A stretch of 64,000 nt of DNA. Origin: Spirochaetia bacterium. GTDB taxonomy: Bacteria; Spirochaetota; Spirochaetia; DSM-16054; Sediminispirochaetaceae. Below, piece by piece: positions 7,989 through 21,669 of the stretch (position 1 is the stretch's first letter; every line of letters begins with the position of its first letter). The notes under the pieces are model-generated. The model did not search any database. It was given only the letters and a program-made list of their open reading frames with translations, and was not told the origin of the DNA. The DNA is taken from assembly GCA_034520965.1 (NCBI GenBank), contig JAXHMY010000007.1, positions 32,001-96,000 on the forward strand, given 5' to 3'. Both the position numbers and the translations under genes were made by a program.

Positions 7989-8945
7989 TTATGATCCGAA
8001 GCGCCGGTCCAGTTCCGCCAGGAGCTCCTCCGGAAACAGCGCCAGCTCCGCCTCCTCCAAACGGTGGAGTAAATCCAGCCAGCCGGGATGTTCGCGGATA
8101 AGCTCTTCTAGCAGGTGGAAGGCTTCTTCACGATAGTTGGCCTGGAGAAGGGCGACGGCCTTCCAGTAACGCATTTCACGGTTTTCAGGTGCGGTTTTGA
8201 GTGCGCTGCGGTAATCGTTCATTGCCCCCTCGAAGTCGCCATTTCCTAATTTTGTGTCCCCTTCCTCTAAGCGCTTGTAACCGTCATGAAGGTTAAGCAG
8301 CCGCTCCAGCTCTTCAAGTGGTTCGGGGTGGTCGTCGACCCGTAGGTTTACACGGTATTCGTCGGCGATGTGTCCTTTAGAAGTAGTGCCGGCGGTAAGG
8401 ATGGCAGCGGACTGCTTGCCGCGGATATCTCCACCCAAAGATTCGGCGGCCTGCAGTGCATTTAACAGGCGGCGGGCTAAGGATGGACGGGCTTGAACTG
8501 CGCCAGTTTGAGTTTTGGTTTGAAATGCCGCAGCCATGGCCTCACATACCCCGGTGCGGGCCATCATATTGGCCTGGACGCTAAAGCCTTCGCCTACAAT
8601 ATGGCCGGCTTCTCGGATACATTTAGCTCCCGTATATGCAGCAACTCTCCCGTCGGCTGAGAGCACCGCCAGTTGGCGATAATCGCGTCCCTCATCTTTC
8701 CCTGTGAGCTGGTCGATCACTTCCTTTGGCTGTGTGCCCTTCTGTAGTAAATCCAGGCCGTCGGGGCCGTATTGACGATTTACAAGAGATTGGGTGGCGA
8801 CGGCGCCTACACCGGGAATGAGCCAGGGAACCGCGCTACCGACTGCAAAAAAATGAGATTGTACTCCAATTCCCATCTCTCCGGTTTGCTGATCAATGGC
8901 GACAATAGAATAGGTAGCGGCTAAATTTTTATATATACACTGCAT
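7989..8945 (-). CDS. DUF1028 / Ntn-hydrolase family protein with C-terminal TPR
   Basis: TYSIVAID, GVGAVATQ, GGDIRGKQSAA, LRVDDHPEPLEELERL; start chosen at the ATG after aggaga. Confidence 0.85.
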   Translation of the reverse strand: MQCIYKNLAATYSIVAIDQQTGEMGIGVQSHFFAVGSAVPWLIPGVGAVATQSLVNRQYGPDGLDLLQKGTQPKEVIDQLTGKDEGRDYRQLAVLSADGRVAAYTGAKCIREAGHIVGEGFSVQANMMARTGVCEAMAAAFQTKTQTGAVQARPSLARRLLNALQAAESLGGDIRGKQSAAILTAGTTSKGHIADEYRVNLRVDDHPEPLEELERLLNLHDGYKRLEEGDTKLGNGDFEGAMNDYRSALKTAPENREMRYWKAVALLQANYREEAFHLLEELIREHPGWLDLLHRLEEAELALFPEELLAELDRRFGS

Positions 8946-9072
8946 AGCGGTTCTCCTTGCCTGTATTGTAGCAGAAACACTTCGTTTTTTGAAACGCCAA
9001 GTTTTCTGATTCAAACCTCTGAATCAAACGAGATTAGTTGACGTCCGTCTTTCGGCTTCCTATGATTGAAGT

Positions 9073-9963
9073 ATGGAGTATAATGCTGAGTGTGTGGTTG
9101 ACAGTAAATCAGGTCTTGGGGAAGGGCCGGTGTGGAGTAGTACCCGGCAGTGCCTTTACTGGGTAGATATCGATGCGGGGCTGATCCACTCATATTCTCC
9201 CGCAAAAGATGCGAGGCGTACGTGGGATGTAGGAGTGAAGGTGGGGGCTGTGGTTCCGCGCTCGGAGGCAGCCGGCGGCGGTCTTGTTCTGGCTACGGAG
9301 AAGGGTTTTGTCGGTTTTGAGGAAGAGAGTGAACGTCTGGAGTATATCGTGGATCCGGAAGCGGATAATCCGGATACTCGCTTTAACGACGGAAAATGTG
9401 ATCCTGCGGGTCGTTTCTGGGCAGGCACCATGTCATATTCCCGAACACGAGGTGCGGCTAACCTGTGGTGTTTGGAGGTTGACTACAGCGTAACGAAGCG
9501 GGTTTCCGGTGTTACGGTGTCAAACGGTATCACTTGGAGCCTGGATGAGAAAACGATGTATTACATCGATTCCAATGAGTTCGCGGTAGTGGCCTTTGAA
9601 TACAACCGTGAAAACGGGGCTATCTCCAAACCGCAACCGGTGGTTTTAGTACCTCAGGAGCTGGGAAAACCGGACGGTATGTGTATTGATGCCGAGGGAA
9701 AGCTGTGGACCGCCCTGTTTCGCGGTGGGGCAGTTGCTCGTTGGGATCCCTCTGATGGAAGTTTAATTGAGCTTATTAAAATTCCGGCGGTGCATGTAAC
9801 CGCCTGTGCTTTTGGCGGAGAAGACCTCCAAACTCTGTATGTTACTACTGCCCGGGAGCCGGCTGACGAGCAGCAGCTGGCTGAGTACCCGCAGGCAGGT
9901 GGATTGTTTGCACTGGAATTGGGGGTGAAAGGATCCCCTTTCTTTGAGTTTGGGAGAGGGTGA
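9073..9963 (+). CDS. SMP-30/gluconolactonase family protein
   Basis: LGEGPVW, RFNDGKCDPAGRFWAGTM, SNGITWS, PDGMCIDAEG. Confidence 0.93.
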   Translation: MEYNAECVVDSKSGLGEGPVWSSTRQCLYWVDIDAGLIHSYSPAKDARRTWDVGVKVGAVVPRSEAAGGGLVLATEKGFVGFEEESERLEYIVDPEADNPDTRFNDGKCDPAGRFWAGTMSYSRTRGAANLWCLEVDYSVTKRVSGVTVSNGITWSLDEKTMYYIDSNEFAVVAFEYNRENGAISKPQPVVLVPQELGKPDGMCIDAEGKLWTALFRGGAVARWDPSDGSLIELIKIPAVHVTACAFGGEDLQTLYVTTAREPADEQQLAEYPQAGGLFALELGVKGSPFFEFGRG

Positions 9964-9977
9964 ATATAAAAAATATA

Positions 9978-10005
9978 GCCGACCCCAAAAGTCTTGGGGA
10001 TCGGC
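9978..10005. terminator. Hairpin between convergent genes
   Basis: gccgacccca-aaagtct-tggggatcggc. Confidence 0.55.
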
Positions 10006-10050
10006 CATGTATATTAACAAAAGCGGAGTTGCCTTATTTTTCTGGAGTTC

Positions 10051-10260
10051 CTAGGCCGCCGATTTTTCCGGAAAATCAGGAGTATTAGAGATTCGCTCCA
10101 TATTAAGAGCTTCCTGTCGTTTAGCTGCCAAAAATGTCCAGGTAATGCCTGCTGCCACAGTAAGAATTCCGGCCTGCATAAACGCCGGGGCTGTTGTCAT
10201 GCTGCCGCTTGAAATTAGTAAGGCCACCCCTACACCAGTTAAAGTAAATCCGTATTTCAT
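10051..10260 (-). CDS. Small membrane protein
   Basis: 69 aa, two hydrophobic segments, RBS ggaggc. Confidence 0.55.
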   Translation of the reverse strand: MKYGFTLTGVGVALLISSGSMTTAPAFMQAGILTVAAGITWTFLAAKRQEALNMERISNTPDFPEKSAA

Positions 10261-10507
10261 TGTATTGCCTCCACGATTATGATGTCTTTAATATACTAAA
10301 ATAGATTTTAAAATCAAGTGTTTTAGTAAAAATAACTAATAAAAGTTGAGTAAAACATAAAAAAATTATTAGAAAAATAATGAATACCCAAATAATGGTA
10401 GATTTTATTTATAATATTTTGATTTAAGGGCGGAGGGGTGATGAATAAAGTACCCTTTTTCTTATAAAATGATGAAAACAAGTTTAATGTGATTATAATC
10501 ATATAAA

Positions 10508-10557
10508 TTGACTAATATAGTAAAAAATAGTATATATTAGTTATCAATTAGTTGATA
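10508..10557 (+). promoter_or_regulatory. Sigma70-like promoter overlapped by inverted repeats
   Basis: TTGACT-17-TATATA; actaatata/tatattagt and tatcaa-ttag-ttgata. Confidence 0.45.
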
Positions 10558-10577
10558 CAGTAAGAGGTAAGAATAGT

Positions 10578-11975
10578 ATGTATGACATTATAGTAATTGG
10601 AATGGGACCGGCCGGCATGGCGGTATCAGCGATGGCTGTTAAGCTCGGTCTGAGCGTTTTGGGGATAGAAAAAAACAAAATTGGCGGAGAGTGTTTGAAT
10701 TGCGGATGTATCCCAAGCAAAGCGCTTTTGAAGGCCGGTGAGATGCGCAAGGTTATTGAAAACCTTGAACAATTTGGAATGCAAGCTGCCGAGAAACCGG
10801 AGGTAAATGACCCGCTGAGAATTGTCCGCGAAAAAGTGGACCTTATCAACGGGCCTAAGACGATGAAAACCTTCGACAAGGTGGAGTTGGTGCTTGATCA
10901 GGGCAATGCTGAGTTTGTGGATACCCGTACAGTACGGGTAGGGGAAAAAGAGTATCGGGGTAAGAAGATTTTTATTGCCACCGGTACTGAGCCGATGATT
11001 CCCCCCATCGAAGGGCTTGATCAAGTCGAAAAGCTAACGAATGTGAACCTCTTTGAGCAGAAGGAGATTCCCGAAAGCCTTATGATAATCGGCGGTGGAG
11101 CGATTGGTTCGGAAATGGCTCAGGCCTTTTCACGGCTCGGTTCCAAGGTTATCGTTGCCCACATGGACCCGCACCTGATTCCTGCCGGTGATAAGCAGGC
11201 CGGGGATTTGCTGCAGAAGATGTTCGAAGAAGAGAATATCGAAGTGTATAATCAGACAGCGATTACCAAGGTAGAACAGGTAGATGGCCAGATAGTAACT
11301 CACACCGATAAGGGGGTGTTTAAGACAAGCCGCATTCTGGTTGCAGCCGGGCGAAAACCGGTTTTCGATGGCCTGAAGCTCGAGAATGCCGGGGTAGAGT
11401 TTACAAAGCGGGGTATTACTGTTAATCAGAGACTGCAGACAAACCGTCGAAATATCTATGCTGTCGGCGACTGTAACGGCATCTCTCTCTTCTCCCATGC
11501 TGCAATGCATCAGGGAATGCTGGCACTGATGAATGCGCTGAATCCCACCCCCTTTAAGAAGTTTAAGCATAGTGACTTTATCGTTCCCTGGTCAGTCTTT
11601 ACCAAGCCGGAAATTGCCGAGGTTGGTATGTCTGAGGAGCAGGCCCGTGCGGCGGGTATCAAGTTTAAAGTGATACAGTCGGATTACGCCGATTACGGCC
11701 GCACAATTGCCGATGGTCAGCCGGAGGGGTTTGTAAAGGTTATAACGAACGAAAAAGGTAAAATTTTTGGAGCGACTGTCGTAGGAGAGACTGCCAGTGA
11801 GCTGATCCATGAATGGACCATGGCTATGCAGTATAAGCACTCCCTGTTCGATATTGTGATGATGCAGCACTCCTTCCCGACTATCTCGCTTATGAATAAG
11901 CGGGCAGCCGAAAACTGGATGATGGAAATGGCAGAGAAGCCTTGGCTGCAAAAGCTAGCAAAAATGTTCGTATAA
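10578..11975 (+). CDS. Pyridine nucleotide-disulfide oxidoreductase (Lpd/MerA-like)
   Basis: GMGPAG, GGECLNCGCIPSK, GGGAIG, YAVGDC. Confidence 0.9.
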   Translation: MYDIIVIGMGPAGMAVSAMAVKLGLSVLGIEKNKIGGECLNCGCIPSKALLKAGEMRKVIENLEQFGMQAAEKPEVNDPLRIVREKVDLINGPKTMKTFDKVELVLDQGNAEFVDTRTVRVGEKEYRGKKIFIATGTEPMIPPIEGLDQVEKLTNVNLFEQKEIPESLMIIGGGAIGSEMAQAFSRLGSKVIVAHMDPHLIPAGDKQAGDLLQKMFEEENIEVYNQTAITKVEQVDGQIVTHTDKGVFKTSRILVAAGRKPVFDGLKLENAGVEFTKRGITVNQRLQTNRRNIYAVGDCNGISLFSHAAMHQGMLALMNALNPTPFKKFKHSDFIVPWSVFTKPEIAEVGMSEEQARAAGIKFKVIQSDYADYGRTIADGQPEGFVKVITNEKGKIFGATVVGETASELIHEWTMAMQYKHSLFDIVMMQHSFPTISLMNKRAAENWMMEMAEKPWLQKLAKMFV

Positions 11976-12016
11976 GGAAAGTAGTGTGACAAAAAGGGGG
12001 AGGCAGCTATCTCTGC

Positions 12017-12349
12017 TTAGACATCATTACCCTCGACCGGATAGCCTGCCTCCATCCAGTCTTTTTTACCGCCTTCATAGTCATGCACATTGGTAAACCC
12101 GAAGGTCTCCAGCTTCTCTGCGGCTGCCGGACTGGCTTTGCATTTGGTGTCGGCACAATATACAACTATCTCATCGTTCTTGTTGAACCGCCCTGAGGCT
12201 TCTTTGGCAATACTGTTAAGAGGGATGTTGATTGCCCCTTTGATGTGAGCCTGATTAAAAGGTTTCGGCATCAACACCTCAACTAATTTTATATCTTCAT
12301 TGCTGTCTAACTTTTTTTTCAGGGTTTCCCTATCAATCTTGTGTGACAT
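12017..12349 (-). CDS. Rhodanese-like domain protein
   Basis: HIKGAINIP, VVYCAD, YEGGKKDW. Confidence 0.9.
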   Translation of the reverse strand: MSHKIDRETLKKKLDSNEDIKLVEVLMPKPFNQAHIKGAINIPLNSIAKEASGRFNKNDEIVVYCADTKCKASPAAAEKLETFGFTNVHDYEGGKKDWMEAGYPVEGNDV

Positions 12350-12426
12350 ACGCCTCTCCTTCGTAGTTTATATCTATAAACTATAAAACAGGAGTAGAAA
12401 AGTCAAAAATAACAGCCTCGTTTTAC

Positions 12427-13914
12427 CTATGGGCTGGGGGCAAAGGGCAGGACTGTTCGCAGATCATTATCGGTGAGGCGCAGACCGATGCCGAAAAAGT
12501 AGTCGCGTTTGCCGCTGTGCAGGGCGTTGTCCACACCGCCGGTGAGGTAGAGCCAGTTAAGTGGATTGTTCGCTTCCGGATCAAACATCGGATAGATAGT
12601 CCCGTAGCCGCGCAGGTAAGGGGCTTCCTCCTGACCGAATTCAAACATTTCGGTTGAGAGTGAAAGTTGTTTGACCGGTTGATAGTTCACCCCAAAGCCT
12701 GCGCTGCTTTCGATGATGCCCCCTCGAAGGGTAAGCGGACCGAAACTGCGGGCCATTTGGGCGGAAAGCTTCAATTCGTCGGTTCGTTCGGTTTCGGTGG
12801 TGGTGGTGTCATCAACAGTTCCGTTGGTGTTGTCCACAACAATAGTGCGGGTTTCGGTGGTTCGGCTCAAATGGTCGGGAGTGTTGACCACTCCGAAGCT
12901 GTAGTATTTCGGTTTTCCCTGGGGCAGAAGACGTACTTGCGCATGTGTTTTTGCCGTACTCTGAAGGGCCATGTACTCGGTTTTGACGCCAACTTGTACG
13001 TTCAGGCCCATCGCAGAGTTCACTAACTCATCAACATTTTGAGTTACACGGTTTACCCGGTCGTAGATCGATTCATCGTTTATAAACTTACCAAGATTGC
13101 CCTCACCTTGTTCAATTTTTCGGGTGACCTTATTCAGGTCTTCCAGTGAAGCATTTAAAGTCTCAACGCTTTCACTGATGGTGGCGATGGAGTTATTGAT
13201 ATCTTCATCTCGGTTCTCTAAAAGGATGTCCAGCCGTTCTGCAATGGAGGCGGTATGAGCTAATATGGTTGACAGCTGCTGCACGTCCTGGTTGCTGGAA
13301 GTATCCAGCCTCTCGGTTATACGAACTACATTTTCCATGGATCGCGAGAGCAGCACCAAGTTTTTCTCTACCAGACGGTTGGTGGTATCGACAGTATCCC
13401 GGGCTAAACTCAGCATTTCGTTTATGGTTTGATAGCCGTCTTCTCCCATGAATCTGTTCAACTCTTCCATGAACACACCCATCTCTTCTCCGACTTGTTC
13501 GGCAACTTCGAAGGTGCGGTCCATGGCGGTGGTACTGACGACGTTATATATAACCCCGCCAGATTCGATCCTTGGCTGCTGTGGAGTTCCCTGCTGAAGG
13601 GTTACCACCGCGTTGCCTAACATGGACTGCATAGTTTTCTTTACTACCGCATCTTGGTACACCGGTACTTCCGATGAGACTTCCATAAGTAGTTCAGCCT
13701 TCCCCTGCACGAGGTCGACCTCCCGTACCCGTCCGACTGCAACTCCGGAGACTAAGACCCGGGTGCCCGGCATCAAGCCGGCGGCGTTCTCGATCATCGC
13801 TCTTACCTGATAAGTATCCGGGGCGTCAATTGTATCGGCGGTTTGCATAATATACGCAACACTACCGGCACCGGTAATCAATACGAATAGGCCTATTTTT
13901 ACCAACCGTGTCAT
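12427..13914 (-). CDS. mlaD: MCE/MlaD family protein
   Basis: AAGLMPGTRVLVSGVAVGRV MCE domain, coiled coil, operon context. Confidence 0.85.
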   Translation of the reverse strand: MTRLVKIGLFVLITGAGSVAYIMQTADTIDAPDTYQVRAMIENAAGLMPGTRVLVSGVAVGRVREVDLVQGKAELLMEVSSEVPVYQDAVVKKTMQSMLGNAVVTLQQGTPQQPRIESGGVIYNVVSTTAMDRTFEVAEQVGEEMGVFMEELNRFMGEDGYQTINEMLSLARDTVDTTNRLVEKNLVLLSRSMENVVRITERLDTSSNQDVQQLSTILAHTASIAERLDILLENRDEDINNSIATISESVETLNASLEDLNKVTRKIEQGEGNLGKFINDESIYDRVNRVTQNVDELVNSAMGLNVQVGVKTEYMALQSTAKTHAQVRLLPQGKPKYYSFGVVNTPDHLSRTTETRTIVVDNTNGTVDDTTTTETERTDELKLSAQMARSFGPLTLRGGIIESSAGFGVNYQPVKQLSLSTEMFEFGQEEAPYLRGYGTIYPMFDPEANNPLNWLYLTGGVDNALHSGKRDYFFGIGLRLTDNDLRTVLPFAPSP

Positions 13915-14708
13915 AGTATCTCCATATCATCCATGGTTTTATGAGCTGCAGTGAAGGAGTTCTCCAGAAACTTTTGTAAAACCGGGTGAGCAACATTCGC
14001 AACATCTTCGGGAGTTCCTTCAACTTGAATTTTACCTTCATCTAAAAATGCGATTTTATCGGCTAACTGAAAGCTGCCCACAATATCATGCGTAATAATA
14101 ATACAAGTCATTCCAAGCTCCCGATTTACCCTCTGGATTAGATTATTTATACTCTCTTCAAGTACCGGATCGAGGCCGGTGGTAGGCTCGTCGAACAGCA
14201 AAACCTCCGGCTCACCGGCCAGGGATCGGGCTAATGCAACCCGTTTACGCATACCTCCGGAGAGCTCTTCCGGAAGTTTTTTCTCTATTCCAGGGAGGTG
14301 TACCCAGTCAAGTTTCTCCTTTACTATCCGCTTAATTGCTTCACGGTCGCGCATGTGCAGTACTTCTACCAGGGGAAATGCAATGTTTTCTTCCACCGTC
14401 ATGGAATCGAATAGGGCGGAGTCCTGAAAAAGGTAGCCCAGCCGCAGCCGGTACTTCCGCCGTTGTTTCTCCGGCAGCGGAACAATATTAGTTCCGTTAA
14501 TTTTTATCTTACCGGCATCGGGTTCCAGTATTCCTATGATATTTTTCATAAGTACGCTTTTTCCCGACCCGCTTTTACCCAATATCGCGGTAATGCGTTT
14601 GTATGGAAACGTAAGGCTCACCTCGTCAAGTACCAACAAAGAGCCGAACTTTTTAGAAAGCCCTTCCACCTCTATAACTGGATCATTAATGTGCACACTT
14701 TTCGGCAT
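13911..14708 (-). CDS. mlaF: MlaF-type ABC ATPase
   Basis: GKSGSGKS, LSGGMRKRVALAR, FDEPTTGLDP. Confidence 0.9.
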   Translation of the reverse strand: MPKSVHINDPVIEVEGLSKKFGSLLVLDEVSLTFPYKRITAILGKSGSGKSVLMKNIIGILEPDAGKIKINGTNIVPLPEKQRRKYRLRLGYLFQDSALFDSMTVEENIAFPLVEVLHMRDREAIKRIVKEKLDWVHLPGIEKKLPEELSGGMRKRVALARSLAGEPEVLLFDEPTTGLDPVLEESINNLIQRVNRELGMTCIIITHDIVGSFQLADKIAFLDEGKIQVEGTPEDVANVAHPVLQKFLENSFTAAHKTMDDMEIL

Positions 14709-15490
14709 TAAAAATGACTCCCAAACATAACCTTCAGTAAAATATCGGTCATTATAAAGTCAGCCACTAAAATGCTGACGGAGGCTGCCACTACCGATCT
14801 GGTGGTCGCGTCTCCGACTGCTTTTGAACCACCCTGCACATAATAACCGTAAAAACAGGAGATAAGGCCGACTATTAACCCCAGTACCGCCGATTTAATG
14901 ATACCGGAGTACACATCCTTCGGGTTTACCATACGGTAGAGCTCGAACAGAAAAGTAGTTTTATCTACCGATTTGTACCATACCGTAACCACATAACTGC
15001 CGGCGATACCTATTACATTTGCCATGGCGGTAAGCAAAGGAAATACAATAACCGCCGCCCATACTCTTGGTACTACCAGATATTGAATGGGGTGGACCGA
15101 CATGGTTTCCATTGCATCAATTTGTTCGCTGATGCGCATAGTTCCAATTTCAGCTGTGATTGCCGAGCCGTTCTTGGCTATCAACATCAACGCCGTCATT
15201 ACCGGAGCCAGCTCGCGGGCCATAGTAATTCCGACTGCAGATCCTGCTAAGGGTTCGGCTCGGAACATACCCAGTACATTTACCAGCTGCAGCGATATGA
15301 TCATACCGATGGCGAAACTGGACAACACGATAATAGGTATTGAGGCTACCCCCATCTTTTCGACATGGGCAGTTAGGATGCGAAACCGGTTGGGACGTTT
15401 GAAAGTCCATCTGAACACTTCCAGAGTGAAAACAACAAAAAGTCCCAGCCGCTCCAGTGCATATAGGATCTTTGATTGAAATTTATACAT
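14708..15490 (-). CDS. mlaE: MlaE-type permease
   Basis: RELAPVMTALM, AEIGTMRISEQIDAME, VGDATTRSVV. Confidence 0.92.
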   Translation of the reverse strand: MYKFQSKILYALERLGLFVVFTLEVFRWTFKRPNRFRILTAHVEKMGVASIPIIVLSSFAIGMIISLQLVNVLGMFRAEPLAGSAVGITMARELAPVMTALMLIAKNGSAITAEIGTMRISEQIDAMETMSVHPIQYLVVPRVWAAVIVFPLLTAMANVIGIAGSYVVTVWYKSVDKTTFLFELYRMVNPKDVYSGIIKSAVLGLIVGLISCFYGYYVQGGSKAVGDATTRSVVAASVSILVADFIMTDILLKVMFGSHF

Positions 15491-15624
15491 TTACTATTCG
15501 CTTCTTAGTAGATCTCATTTTATAGCACTGATTGAACTAACTACTTGAAATTGTGTAACTAGATGACGTCTTTTTTTATGTGTAGAAAGTCAATGTAAAC
15601 AGAGCATCATAAAAACTCGCCTAA

Positions 15625-15652
15625 TAAAAAAGCCGCCCCCGAAGGGGCGGCT
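15625..15652 (-). terminator. Intrinsic terminator after PFOR
   Basis: aaaaaagccgcccccgaaggggcggct. Confidence 0.75.
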
Positions 15653-15687
15653 GTAGTTGCTCTAGAGAAACTTTTGTAAAGCTTCGA

Positions 15688-19290
<3,603 letters not shown>

Positions 19291-19430
19291 TTAAGTTAAT
19301 TTATGAAAAATATTGTGATTATTATACCTTATTTATCGATATCCTACAAGGTGAGAAACGGTATATACCAAAGAGAGTCCTATTTATCTAATTTTAGCAG
19401 CTGTGGTTCAACAGGCTCATATTAAAAAAC

Positions 19431-21029
19431 TCATCTCGAAGAACGAGGACGGCAATACTGCAGGTGGTTGAATGACTGCAGCACTTTACGGTGAATTGGG
19501 TCCTCAGCTGCTGGGCTGCTCTGACCTTCGGTGTTTTCTTCGGTTTTGTCCCCGGCTTGCTCCTGGATCTGGTTCTCGTTAAAGGAAGCCAAAAGAGACT
19601 CAATAGCCTTGGTATGGGCCGGGGCTCCGAACTGCTTGATAATCTGGTCGCGGTTCTTTACCTGGGGGCCCCTTAACAGATTTTCCATGGTAGCCACTGT
19701 TTCGGCATTAATTTCACGCAGCTCCAGCACAAACTCTGGTGATTCCGCAGCCTGTCGAAGTACTTGATACTGCTGTTCTACCGAGAGAAAGGAGTAATCG
19801 ATAAGCCTCTCTGCCAATAACTGCTCTACCTCATAGCGAATTCGCTTGTGCTGATCATCCGGCAGTAGTCCGGCAACTGAATTGAGGATCTGGGAGTAGG
19901 TATCGCCCAGGGCGGCTCGGTCTCCGGTAGAAAGGGGAACCTGCAGCTGACTGTAAAAATAACTCGACTGAGGTAAAAAATAGTCCTTCAGCGCACCAAG
20001 GATGTCCAGGTCCCGGGCAACCAGCGGAGTTCCCCACAGCACACTGTTGATAAACAGGTAGCCGAACCCCTCTTGAATGGCGGTGGAAACTATCACATCG
20101 GCAGATCTGGTCAGCTCTTCAAAGCTGATGCCGATCTCATCCAGGTTGCGCCCGATGCCCCAGGCGCCGGAGATAAGCCGGTTCTGATAAGCACTTTCTA
20201 CCAAATTAGAATAGGCCCTTTCCTGCTGCGAGACTCCCGGCAGGGTCACCAATAGATTAGTAGGACTTTCAACAAGGTTTGTCAGCAGCCCAGCCTCCAA
20301 CACGTTTTTTCTGCGGATGCTTCGTACCGGGTACAGCAGAAGCTTTCCTTCAGGCTCCCAGCCGGGGGTATGTTCACCGGCCCAGGTTTCAATTTTCTGT
20401 TGTACCTGCCAGGAGTCAATGGATGCGGAGGGGTGCGGCTCAATCGGGTTGTTCAGCAAAAACAGCTGGTCCTCCGGTATGCCCGCATCTCTTAAAACAT
20501 TCCGGTCCCGACTGTTGATAACTATATAGCGTACATTAGGACTTACGGGATACATGGGCGATTCCAGGTTCTCGTAGAGGGCCTTCAAATTTGAAAACCT
20601 CCCGCTCTCCGGAAAATCGTGAATATGCAGGATTATCTGCTGTTGCGGCTGTTCCCGGGCAATTTGCAGCAGCGCCTCGGTAAACAGGGGGTTTTTCCCA
20701 ATATGGTAATTGTGAACCCACCAGATGCTGTCGCTAAAGTGCTCATTCAGCTTCTGTTTAATATCTTCAACCTTAGGAGGGGTGTCCTGTTCAACTAAAT
20801 AATCGATCTCGGGTATCGGCCGGCTGTGAACCTGGGCTTCAACCCCCTGCGATTTAAGTGCCTGTTCTATTTTATCGACTATATTGGTCCTCTGCGAATC
20901 CCGTCCGCAGACCAGGGTTATATCAAACTGATCAGGCTGCTGCTGCAGCAAAGCCTTTACCGATGAGGTGATGACTTGCGTAATTCCCCCGGTAAGCAGG
21001 TGATAATGGAAGATGGTTATTCTATACAT
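19431..21029 (-). CDS. GT-B (GT4-like) glycosyltransferase
   Basis: HYHLLTGGITQVI, HNYHIGKN, YPVRSIRRKN, EGFGYLF. Confidence 0.75.
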   Translation of the reverse strand: MYRITIFHYHLLTGGITQVITSSVKALLQQQPDQFDITLVCGRDSQRTNIVDKIEQALKSQGVEAQVHSRPIPEIDYLVEQDTPPKVEDIKQKLNEHFSDSIWWVHNYHIGKNPLFTEALLQIAREQPQQQIILHIHDFPESGRFSNLKALYENLESPMYPVSPNVRYIVINSRDRNVLRDAGIPEDQLFLLNNPIEPHPSASIDSWQVQQKIETWAGEHTPGWEPEGKLLLYPVRSIRRKNVLEAGLLTNLVESPTNLLVTLPGVSQQERAYSNLVESAYQNRLISGAWGIGRNLDEIGISFEELTRSADVIVSTAIQEGFGYLFINSVLWGTPLVARDLDILGALKDYFLPQSSYFYSQLQVPLSTGDRAALGDTYSQILNSVAGLLPDDQHKRIRYEVEQLLAERLIDYSFLSVEQQYQVLRQAAESPEFVLELREINAETVATMENLLRGPQVKNRDQIIKQFGAPAHTKAIESLLASFNENQIQEQAGDKTEENTEGQSSPAAEDPIHRKVLQSFNHLQYCRPRSSR

Positions 21030-21149
21030 ACTGCCATGATACTACAATTTGCGGATGGGAATCAATTTGCTTTGATTGCAATTTCTTTTGCAATTTATAG
21101 GGAGGAGTCCTATTATTTGTTCTATCACTTGTATTATACGGAGGATAGT

Positions 21150-21608
21150 ATGAATCAGCTTACAACGGGAGACACAGCTCCCGATTTTTCACTTTTGGAT
21201 CAAGGAGGGAACCGTATCAGCCTCTCAGATTACCGTGGGCAGAAGGTCCTCCTCTATTTTTACCCAAAGGCCGACACCCCCGGCTGCACCAAACAGGCCT
21301 GCAGCATAAGAGACTCATGGGCGGAGCTTAAAGAGAAGGGGGTTGTACCGATTGGTATTAGTGGGGATAAACCGGCGGCCCAGCAGAAATTTGATGCCAA
21401 ATACAGCCTCGGCTTTCCCCTCCTATCGGATGCAGACCACGAGGCGGCCGACGCCTATGGGGTCAGGGGAGAGAAAAAGATGTTCGGTAAAGCTGTAATG
21501 GGCACTGTGCGTTCCTCCTTCCTGATCGACGAAGAGGGCCGCATCGTACAGGCCTGGTACAAGGTCAAACCTGAGGAGACAGTGCCAAAAGCGCTGGCTG
21601 CTTTGTAA
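21150..21608 (+). CDS. bcp: Peroxiredoxin BCP
   Basis: YFYPKADTPGCTKQAC; RBS ggagg before ATG 21150. Confidence 0.93.
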   Translation: MNQLTTGDTAPDFSLLDQGGNRISLSDYRGQKVLLYFYPKADTPGCTKQACSIRDSWAELKEKGVVPIGISGDKPAAQQKFDAKYSLGFPLLSDADHEAADAYGVRGEKKMFGKAVMGTVRSSFLIDEEGRIVQAWYKVKPEETVPKALAAL

Positions 21609-21625
21609 GATAGCAAGCATGAAAA

Positions 21626-21648
21626 AACCCGGGCCTTTAGCCCGGGTT
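21626..21648. terminator. Hairpin between convergent genes
   Basis: aacccgggc-cttta-gcccgggtt. Confidence 0.65.
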
Positions 21649-21669
21649 GGTTGCTTCTGTAAAAATATA

